From Pseudobacteriovorax sp. (GTDB lineage: Bacteria > Bdellovibrionota_B > Oligoflexia > Oligoflexales > Oligoflexaceae): a stretch of DNA of 15,625 nucleotides. The stretch spans positions 1 to 15,625 of the forward strand of contig JBNKNM010000122.1 in the NCBI GenBank assembly GCA_050293845.1. The letters are read 5' to 3'. A program made the translations under genes and the position numbers. Under the pieces are notes generated by a model that saw only the letters and a program-made list of their open reading frames with translations, did no database searches and was not told the DNA's origin. Positions 8,428 to 15,625 of this stretch are shown in pieces; position 1 is the stretch's first letter, and each line of letters begins with the position of its first letter.

Positions 8428-9141
8428 ATGAAGACTCTCTTTGAGGTTGAACATCTCAAATTTTCTTATGGAGATATTAATTATAAACAGAGTATTTTCG
8501 ATGATCTAAGATTTAGTATAAAACAGGGAGAGTTTTTAGGTCTAACAGGACCCTCAGGATCTGGAAAATCAACACTTCTTAATATTCTTGGACTTATTGA
8601 GGATATTCAAGATGGAGATATTAAGTTTGCAGGTGAATCTCTTAGGCAGGCTTCTGAGAGCAGAAAAAATTATTTGCGCTTACATACCTTTGGTTTTATT
8701 TTCCAGGATTTTCACCTAATCAATACATTATCTGTTCTTGAAAATGTTCAATTTTTCCCTTCTCTACAGGGTTTAAATGTATACCAATCACGTATTCGTT
8801 CTCTCTTAGCCCTGCGTCGGGTAGGGCTACTCAATTTATATAAAAAAAAACCTTTAGAGCTTTCCGGTGGCCAACGCCAAAGAGTAGCCATTGCTAGAGC
8901 TCTTGCGAAACGGCCTCAAATAATCATCGCCGACGAACCCACGGCTAGTTTAGATCAGGAAAGCAGTGCTACTGTTATGAATATCCTTCAATACTTAAAT
9001 GAAGTTATGGGCGTGACTATCATTGTCGCTAGCCATGATAATATTATCAACCATTATGTACAAAGAACCATTCATTTAGTTGATGGTGTGATTACTGACA
9101 AAGGAGAAATGAGTCATGCAACTGAAATTTTCGCTACTTAA
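8428..9141 (+). CDS. ABC transporter ATP-binding protein (LolD/MacB-like)
   Basis: Walker A GPSGSGKST, FGFIFQDFHLI Q-loop, signature LSGGQRQRVAIARAL, Walker B IIIADEPT, H-loop ASHD; RBS AAGGGG. Confidence 0.93.
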   Translation: MKTLFEVEHLKFSYGDINYKQSIFDDLRFSIKQGEFLGLTGPSGSGKSTLLNILGLIEDIQDGDIKFAGESLRQASESRKNYLRLHTFGFIFQDFHLINTLSVLENVQFFPSLQGLNVYQSRIRSLLALRRVGLLNLYKKKPLELSGGQRQRVAIARALAKRPQIIIADEPTASLDQESSATVMNILQYLNEVMGVTIIVASHDNIINHYVQRTIHLVDGVITDKGEMSHATEIFAT

Positions 9142-10321
9142 TGTCAGTAGAAATCGTCGTCGTTCCTTAGTATGCATTATTAGTATTGCAGTCAGCATCT
9201 TTGGACTTTATTTTCTCGATGGATTTTTTACTGGTTTAATTTCTATGCATCGTGAAAACTCTATTCATTCGCGACATGGACATGGACAAGTTTTTAAAAG
9301 AAATTACTACGACCAACCTCACTCCAAACCATGGGAGCACTGGATTGATAATTCTCATAATGTTATGAAAGTATTGCTAGAACATCCAAATGTTTTACAA
9401 GTATTTCCACGAGTACAATTTTTTTCCTTATTGACGAATGGTGACCTTTCAGTAGCAGGACGTGGGATTGGAGTCCAAGGTGAGCAAGAAGAACATTTTT
9501 TTAATAAAATGAATATTGTATCTGGCACTGTTCTTTCTGATCATAAAGATGGTATTGTTTTAGGAGTTGGTTTAGCAAAATCTTTAAGTGTTGAAGTAGG
9601 AAATCCCGTTACATTAGTAGGTAACACTATTTATGGATCTATCAATGCACTTGATCTAAAAGTAGTTGGGATCTTTCATATGGGTTTGAAAGAAGCTGAT
9701 GACATGATGTTTCAAATTCAATTAGATCAAGCTCAATTACTCTTAGATACTCAAAAAGTAGAAAGTATTTCACTAGGTAATAGCAGTCACTTGGCTTGGT
9801 CAGATGTAGAGAGCTACGTTGAGTCAAAGTTTCCCACGTTAGAAGCTAGATCAGTGAATGTTCTAGATAAAATATGGGCTGAAAATGGTGAGAATTTTCT
9901 CACAGCACTTCTTAATATCTTTCGATTGGTATTTTTAGGTGTTATCTCTTTATCCATCTACAATAGCTCGGCTAACACAGTTCTAGAAAGAACAAAAGAG
10001 CTGGGAATGATGAGAGCTAATGGTCTCAGTGGACATCTTTTGGTTAAATTGATGACCTTAGAAAATGCTTTTTTAGCTATTTGCGGTGGCATTTTGGGTG
10101 TGCTTTTGACATGGGTTGTAACTTCGATATTGACTGATGGCGTTCCTATGCCACCTACTCCGGGTACCAATCGTGAACTCCCTGTAGCTATTGAGCTCAA
10201 GTGGTTTGATGGTGTACTAGCTTTAAGCCTTGGGATGGGAGTGTCTATACTCGCTAGCTTGAGTGCGTCTTTGCAGGTTCTGTTTCTACCTATATCCAAG
10301 GCTTTACGAAACCTTAGTTAA
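9116..10321 (+). CDS. ABC transporter permease (FtsX/LolC-E/MacB-like)
   Basis: N-terminal NVSRNRRRSL followed by TM1, a large periplasmic domain, the ERTKELGMMRANG motif and three C-terminal TM segments. Overlaps the ATPase gene by 26 bp and has RBS AAGGAG. Confidence 0.9.
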   Translation: MQLKFSLLNVSRNRRRSLVCIISIAVSIFGLYFLDGFFTGLISMHRENSIHSRHGHGQVFKRNYYDQPHSKPWEHWIDNSHNVMKVLLEHPNVLQVFPRVQFFSLLTNGDLSVAGRGIGVQGEQEEHFFNKMNIVSGTVLSDHKDGIVLGVGLAKSLSVEVGNPVTLVGNTIYGSINALDLKVVGIFHMGLKEADDMMFQIQLDQAQLLLDTQKVESISLGNSSHLAWSDVESYVESKFPTLEARSVNVLDKIWAENGENFLTALLNIFRLVFLGVISLSIYNSSANTVLERTKELGMMRANGLSGHLLVKLMTLENAFLAICGGILGVLLTWVVTSILTDGVPMPPTPGTNRELPVAIELKWFDGVLALSLGMGVSILASLSASLQVLFLPISKALRNLS

Positions 10322-10654
10322 TTTCTACGAGAATTAACGTTTTCAACATTCTTAAAACCATAGCCTAATAAGTACATAATTGCAGTATGATACACAATAT
10401 TCGTAGGTAACCGCCTCATAAACCCACGACTATTTTCCGCATAAAACTTGCAATATCCTTCCGCCTTTATCAAAAGGAGGATATATAATGAGTTCAAAAT
10501 ACAACGAGGAAAAAGTAATTTCAGGCTTTGATAATAGTAATAATATCGTTACTCAGTAAATTGAAAAAGCATCAAAAATTTGCCCGATTCCAGCAATGAT
10601 TAAGAAAGAGGTTCGTTGATTGTTAGTCTAGTAGGGAAAAATTAGATTGAAAAG

Positions 10655-11017
10655 TTAGAAACAAGGGAGAAGGTAATGAGGTATTGCTAGAAATACGACA
10701 ATGGATTCCCTTCTTTTGAACTTGGATGACTCAAATGCTATAAATACTAGAGAAAGCATAGGAATAATTGTTAAGATCCGGCCTAATGTAATTTTCTCAG
10801 GCAACTGAGTTAAATTCAAAAAAGGAGTGACTACTAGCGATACAAAAGCAATGAATCTCAGTATCGATTTAGGTTTTTCAAGTAACAACAGAAGGTATAA
10901 CGGCTGTGCTATAATAACAAGATCTGTATAAGCGTTTATTAGACTCTGTTCTGAGTTACTTGCCGCCGAAGCAACTTGTGGTATAGTGAAAAGGAGAAAA
11001 TTTAAAAGGAGATTCAT
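10655..11017 (-). CDS. Hypothetical membrane protein, probably the 5' part of a frameshifted gene extending toward ~10318
   Basis: Signal-like N-terminus and several hydrophobic segments. Downstream minus-strand frames continue with hydrophobic peptide fragments broken by stops and frameshifts, up to a TAA at 10318-10320. Confidence 0.4.
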   Translation of the reverse strand: MNLLLNFLLFTIPQVASAASNSEQSLINAYTDLVIIAQPLYLLLLLEKPKSILRFIAFVSLVVTPFLNLTQLPEKITLGRILTIIPMLSLVFIAFESSKFKRRESIVVFLAIPHYLLPCF

Positions 11018-11621
11018 CTTATAAATGCCAGAAAATATTGATAATCTAAGCTGTTTTAATTTGAAACTCGCCGTACAGACTTACTTTATGCTTTTAGCTT
11101 TTTTTCAAGATTTCGAAAGGAGATTTTCCAGAGTGAGCACCATGAGGCCTATATATGTTATAGCCTAAATCCTCAGAAAATTTTTCCAAAACCCCTTTCA
11201 ATCCATTTTTCACCAATGGCTACAAGCATTTATAGCGACTATCCCTGTGGCTAAAAATTGAAATTTCATCTATAACGACATGTCACTAGGTGGTAGTTGT
11301 AATGGGAGAAGATAGTGATGAAATTAGGCCTATCAGAACTTATTTCCGCACATCTTCCCCAAGGTAAGCTGAATTCCTCAAAGCATCACTAAGAGAAGTT
11401 TAAAACCATGGTCATGGGCTTTATTTCTGATACAGTTTGTTTGGATAACTGGGAGCGTCTCCGATGGATAAGGGACTCAATAAGTATCCTATGTGGCAAA
11501 AAACTTTCAGGGATTTTTGCCTTGGTTTACTGTCGAATATTAGCAAATAAGCGCCACCCAATATTATCGTAAAGTGTACCACATATAAAAATGCTTAACA
11601 TTCATTTCTGCCCTTCGCACT

Positions 11622-11765
11622 TTAACTTGTGTCCAGATCTTCGTATACATGTGGATTCATATCCGGGGTGCAGAAGAAACGACATCCGCATTCTTTATCA
11701 GTAAGTGCAAATCCAAGGAATGACCATCCTAAAAGTGTATAAAGAAAAGTTGAATTTAAGCTCAT
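11622..11765 (-). CDS. Small 47-aa ORF (signal-like N-terminus, CGCRFFC), possibly the 5' fragment of a decayed gene
   Basis: MSLNSTFLYTLLGWSFLGFALTDKECGCRFFCTPDMNPHVYEDLDTS*, with GGAG (11772-11775) 6 nt upstream of the ATG. Below the ORF-track length cutoff. Confidence 0.3.
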   Translation of the reverse strand: MSLNSTFLYTLLGWSFLGFALTDKECGCRFFCTPDMNPHVYEDLDTS

Positions 11766-12066
11766 ACCAAACTCCGTATTAAATGTTGTGCTCAGCTGTT
11801 TTAAGGATTTATTTAGGTGGATATATACTGTTTTTGATTTTGATTAAATTAGGTGTACTCGAGTTGAGAGCGTTGGAGTTAACCTTCCATAAAAGAAGAA
11901 ACTTACTGAGAAGTACTTCTCAGCAAGTCGAGACGTTAGAAAGCCTAAGGATAGAAGATATGGAAGGCGATTTTTAGTTACATACCCAGATGTCACATCC
12001 GCGATCATCAATTTTGGGGTAGCAGCCAGCATCGTTAGGAAGAAGTATTACAGGGCGTACGGGTAT

Positions 12067-12390
12067 CTATCCGCCACAGTAGTGAGTGAAACTAACAGAG
12101 GTTGTTGCATCTTCTTGACTAAGGATTTTAAATATTCTTGCCAGGCGACTCATGTTTCTAAGATCCGCGCTAATACAGAGTTGAACCTCTCCTTCAAGCC
12201 CCCATTGATCTTCCTGGACTGAAAATACGTTTTTAAAGTCTTTTTCGATTTCTAAAATCTCAGTAACTTCATCATAAAGTTTATGGTTGATACCGGCTCC
12301 GAAGCTCGAAAAATCTATAGTTACGTGCTTTGGAGCTGCAAAAAGACTTGAAGACAAAAGTAGAGTGAATAATGTAGTAATAATTTTCAT
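12067..12390 (-). CDS. Small secreted hypothetical protein
   Basis: Clear Sec signal MKIITTLFTLLLSSSLFA-A, RBS GAGGG, two Cys in the mature part, motifs DFSSFGAGIN and WGLEGEVQLC. Confidence 0.7.
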   Translation of the reverse strand: MKIITTLFTLLLSSSLFAAPKHVTIDFSSFGAGINHKLYDEVTEILEIEKDFKNVFSVQEDQWGLEGEVQLCISADLRNMSRLARIFKILSQEDATTSVSFTHYCGG

Positions 12391-12480
12391 AGTACCCTCA
12401 ATAGAAGTGAATGAACTCTATTTTTCTTCTAATCTTTGTCAGCTAAGGTATAAAGGAAATAGAATTATCTGCAGCTGAAA

Positions 12481-12501
12481 ATGTACTCCAATGGAGTACA
12501 C
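12481..12501. repeat. Left copy of 21-bp direct repeat ATGTACTCCAATGGAGTACAC (palindromic; target-site duplication)
   Basis: Identical to 14053-14073 and directly abuts the IS terminal IR. Internal palindrome TGTACTCCA-A-TGGAGTACA. Confidence 0.9.
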
Positions 12502-14052
12502 CTTAAGTTTGGCCAAAAATTAAGCGCAGAATTTCTTAGCAAGGGACTCAAATGATGTATTTATTGTAAAGCTTCCGAGTTCCACTGTGCCAAGTACATC
12601 AAGTTCTTTCCGCAATACCTGCTGAAAATCTGCAAAAGATGGCCGTTTTCCATTCTTATTTCTCCAGCGTGGTAGCTTATTGAAGCTTTTGTGATTTCGA
12701 TTCTCGGAAAAGTGGATAACGCCGGCAAGCATAAGAGCACCATAGGAGGCGACTATAAAGGCCGGCACTTTTTCAATGCTTTTTTGCGACCAGTTCTGTT
12801 GTTTTCCTAGAGACATTTGCTGTTTTTCCTCTTTGAAGTTCACTTCGATCTGCCAGCGATCAAAATACTTTTGTATTAGAATTACAGCATCTAGTTCAAA
12901 ATCGTCAGTTAAGAGATATGCAGATTCACGGTACTCTAGCTTGCCCTTTCTGTTTCTCCTGTATGGGGTAGGAGCGACTACAATTAACCTTAACGGTTTC
13001 TTTTTAGTACTATGCTTCTGAAACACTGGGCCAATTTCCTTAAAACGAATCCCTCGCCAACTCCCGGCATAATGAATTTTAGTAGATTTGTACCCTTTTG
13101 CTTTATCTTGTCTAAACTCTTTTGCTGTGAAACTCTTTTGAGAATAAAACCGTCTGCCACCGGACTCAGCCTTGAGGAACAATCTAGCGTTTTTTCTGGT
13201 TCTACCTATAAGCGAAACTCCTTCTATCCCATGATTGAAGGTGGTTCTGTTGATATAAGACCCGTCGACTACAGCCAGTAACTTCTTAGACGCCAAGCCC
13301 AATGAGTTAAGCTCGTTCCGCATAAATCTTACTAACTTGACGAATGCTGTTGATGCGTTTGACTTCTTGCAAAGTTCTTTATACTGATCATGCGCTTCCT
13401 GCGGAGCACTTTTCCTGGGTTTCTTATGTTTGGGGAGCTTTTCTAACTGCACAGGAATAGCTCTGCAAGGTTTACAATCTTGTCTGTTGTATAAGGGAAG
13501 TAAAATACTTGCTTGGATAAAACGAAATCCCCAAGCAAAGTTTACACGCCAAGGAGGTGAGTGAAAATCTCTTTGCCAAGAAGCACCTAAGAATTTTTTA
13601 CCAGTCTTTTTTACCAAAGTATCGTCCCAAGCTATTGCGATAATATCCTCATCAAGGAAAATCGTAGAGTTTTTCAAATTAGCCCTAAATAGATCACAGG
13701 GCCTCCACACGGTTCTGCTGAAAAACCGATAGGCAGAAGTCCAGTCAAAATGCTCAAGCCCAACTGACATTAGCGCCCTTGAAATTGTTTTTTTCCCTAT
13801 AGTGATCAAAATACTGATAGCCAATAGTTTGGAGCGTTCTCTTGAAACTTTTGAAGGAAATGACTTGTCCCAAGAAGAAATCACCGATAAAAATGTAGTG
13901 AGAAGACCTTCCATAGCAATTCCTTTGCTAGACACTAAGTCATCGTTTTGTTTTGTATTTTTTTGGCGATTAATATTTGAATGAAATTGATTGGAAGGTC
14001 AACTCAGTTTAATTACTGAGTCTATTCGAATATAAAAATGACCAAACTTAAG
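12502..14052 (-). mobile_element. Insertion sequence, IS4/IS701 superfamily, 1551 bp
   Basis: Terminal IRs CTTAAGTTTGG(C)CA at 12502-12515 and TG(A)CCAAACTTAAG at 14039-14052. A single transposase fills the element, which is flanked by perfect 21-bp direct repeats. Confidence 0.88.
12520..13935 (-). CDS. DDE transposase (IS4/IS701-like)
   Basis: WDDTLVKKTGKK (first D), VVDGSY (second D), and YFDRWQIEVNFKEEK matching the Y-x2-R-x3-E-x6-K motif. The start may be the ATG at 13914 (AAAGGA upstream) rather than the GTG at 13935. Confidence 0.9.
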   Translation of the reverse strand: MSSKGIAMEGLLTTFLSVISSWDKSFPSKVSRERSKLLAISILITIGKKTISRALMSVGLEHFDWTSAYRFFSRTVWRPCDLFRANLKNSTIFLDEDIIAIAWDDTLVKKTGKKFLGASWQRDFHSPPWRVNFAWGFRFIQASILLPLYNRQDCKPCRAIPVQLEKLPKHKKPRKSAPQEAHDQYKELCKKSNASTAFVKLVRFMRNELNSLGLASKKLLAVVDGSYINRTTFNHGIEGVSLIGRTRKNARLFLKAESGGRRFYSQKSFTAKEFRQDKAKGYKSTKIHYAGSWRGIRFKEIGPVFQKHSTKKKPLRLIVVAPTPYRRNRKGKLEYRESAYLLTDDFELDAVILIQKYFDRWQIEVNFKEEKQQMSLGKQQNWSQKSIEKVPAFIVASYGALMLAGVIHFSENRNHKSFNKLPRWRNKNGKRPSFADFQQVLRKELDVLGTVELGSFTINTSFESLAKKFCA

Positions 14053-14073
14053 ATGTACTCCAATGGAGTACAC
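14053..14073. repeat. Right copy of 21-bp direct repeat ATGTACTCCAATGGAGTACAC
   Basis: Exact match to 12481-12501. Confidence 0.9.
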
Positions 14074-14214
14074 GTTTTAGAGTCTTTTGATGTCAAAAAG
14101 GCGGTAGAATAGAGATTTGATCGTAGGTGATTCACTTAAGACTCCTGCAGCAATTTATATTGAACTCTGCTATAGAGACAGAGACAGACAAATACTTCTT
14201 TTTGAGGAAAATCC

Positions 14215-15243
14215 ATGAGCTTTGGTAGTGACAATCATTCTGGTGTCCATCCGAAAATCCTAGAGTCGTTGAGCTTTTGTAATGATGGCTATCAGTCATC
14301 TTATGGAGCGGATAAACAAACTGCCATTTTTGAAAGTAAGATGAAGGAGATATTTGGCCCCCAATCCAACTCTTTCATTGTATTCACTGGAACCGGAGCC
14401 AATGTGCTGTCTATAAAAGCGACATGCTCATCCTTTCATAGTGTCATATGTACCGATATAGCTCATCTAGCCTGTGATGAAAGTGGGGCACCCGAAAATT
14501 ACGCGGGTTGTAAGGTAATACCGATTCCACATCGGAATGGTAAAATTACAGTAGATCAGATCAAAAGCAAGTTAGATCGTCGTGGTGATATCCATAGCTC
14601 ACAGCCCCGCCTTATTTCAATTACGCAATGCACGGAAGTAGGGACTGTTTACACACCACAGGAAATTGAGGCTATTGCCACCTTTGCACATGATAATCAG
14701 CTACTGCTTCACATGGATGGTGCAAGAATTAGCAATGCAGCAGTAGCTCTAAACTGCAGTTGGGCATCAATTTCGAGGGATTGTGGTGTAGATATCTTAA
14801 GTTTAGGTGGCACTAAAAATGGAATGTTAATGGGTGAAGCTGTAGTCATTATGAATCAGAATCTAGCCCCTGAGATGCCTTGGATTCGAAAGCAGGCGAT
14901 GCAGTTGGCATCGAAAATGCGCTACATTTCTTGCCAATTTAATACTTATCTTGAGGATGAATTATGGCGACAAAACGGACAGAACGCCAATGCTATGGCT
15001 AGCTACTTAGCAGAGGAAGCTGGTACTGTAAAAGGTATAGATATTGTTTATCCAGTTGAAGCTAACGAGGTCTTTGCCAAAGTTCCTCATAAGGTTATTA
15101 AGAACCTGTCTGATAAATGGAAATTTTATGTTTGGGAAGAAGATCAGAACATCGTTCGTTGGGTAACAAGTTGGGAAACTCAGCGTGAAACGGTCGACTC
15201 TTTTCTTAGTGATTTAAGGACTACTTGTTCCTTATTAAAGTAG
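14215..15243 (+). CDS. ltaE: Low-specificity L-threonine aldolase (PLP-dependent, beta-eliminating lyase family)
   Basis: SFGSDN, TGTGAN, AHLACDESGAPE, TEVGTVYT, LHMDGARISNA and DILSLGGTKNG (PLP Lys); RBS GAGGA. Confidence 0.9.
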   Translation: MSFGSDNHSGVHPKILESLSFCNDGYQSSYGADKQTAIFESKMKEIFGPQSNSFIVFTGTGANVLSIKATCSSFHSVICTDIAHLACDESGAPENYAGCKVIPIPHRNGKITVDQIKSKLDRRGDIHSSQPRLISITQCTEVGTVYTPQEIEAIATFAHDNQLLLHMDGARISNAAVALNCSWASISRDCGVDILSLGGTKNGMLMGEAVVIMNQNLAPEMPWIRKQAMQLASKMRYISCQFNTYLEDELWRQNGQNANAMASYLAEEAGTVKGIDIVYPVEANEVFAKVPHKVIKNLSDKWKFYVWEEDQNIVRWVTSWETQRETVDSFLSDLRTTCSLLK

Positions 15244-15625
15244 AATAACAAAGATGTAATTTTCGAATAGTGGGATCTATCCGTTTTCGCAGATGATGGT
15301 TATCAGATATGTATCTTGCTAAAATAGAACCGAAGCGCTGTGGAGATAGGTTTGATAGCTAATACGGCGTTTGAAAGAAGGTCGATAAATATAAGTAAAA
15401 AGACTTTCTTCATGACTGCCTCTATGACTCACCGTATTTGAGTATCGAATAGCATGTTCGGTGGCGAAGTCATGGTTTTTTGCATTCACGGAAGTCATCG
15501 ATGCTATGAGAATTATAATATAATTTCAATTAGTTAGATAGACTTTATGTAACTTCTCAATATCGACGGAATGCCATAAATTATGGAACAGAACCGTTTG
15601 GGATTGATTTCGACAAGAATTCAAA

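Noticed and set aside
9642..10299. Minus-strand ORFs 9642-9827 and 9958-10299
   Set aside because: Antisense to the well-supported permease gene.
8428..10321. Assigning lolD/lolC or macB gene symbols
   Set aside because: Family-level similarity only. The context suggests an accessory paralogue rather than the housekeeping Lol system.
11783..12032. Overlapping short ORFs 11783-11977 (+) and 11844-12032 (-)
   Set aside because: Short, mutually overlapping, and without a convincing RBS or motif; neither can be supported.
12287..13984. ORFs 12287-12478, 12561-12743, 12776-13021, 13012-13281 and 13802-13984
   Set aside because: Shadow or alternative frames of the secreted-protein and transposase genes.
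14002..14021. Small hairpin ACTCAGT-TTAATT-ACTGAGT inside the IS upstream of the transposase
   Set aside because: A 7-bp stem is too weak to assign a function; it may be an internal IS regulatory feature.
12481..14073. The palindromic 21-mer as a CRISPR repeat or integron attC site
   Set aside because: Only two copies, 1.55 kb apart and flanking a transposase; no spacers, cas genes or attC core sites.
15244..15625. Possible gene end or terminator after ltaE
   Set aside because: Only short open frames enter from the window edge on the minus strand, and there is no clear GC-rich stem with a U-tract; nothing supportable.

Overview
AT-rich bacterial window, roughly mid-30s % GC by eye. It is dominated by a 2400-aa iterative type I PKS on the minus strand whose KS, AT, ACP, KR and DH domains closely follow the enediyne core synthase PKSE (SgcE/CalE8/DynE8 type). 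Its C-terminus is unusual: the PPTase position looks catalytically degenerate, and two E10/E7-type hotdog thioesterase domains are fused in tandem. No E3/E4/E5 cassette genes are visible in the window. Instead, the PKS is followed by a LolA-like 'outer membrane lipoprotein-sorting' gene, cut by a probable IS630-family insertion at a TA. A LolD/MacB-like ABC ATPase and an FtsX/LolC-like permease are transcribed divergently from the PKS, and both directions have sigma54-like -24/-12 promoter motifs. Together this suggests a self-releasing polyene synthase with its own envelope export system (inference). The rest of the window holds decayed membrane-protein gene fragments, a small secreted protein, an IS4/IS701-superfamily element flanked by a perfect 21-bp palindromic direct repeat, and a low-specificity L-threonine aldolase gene.
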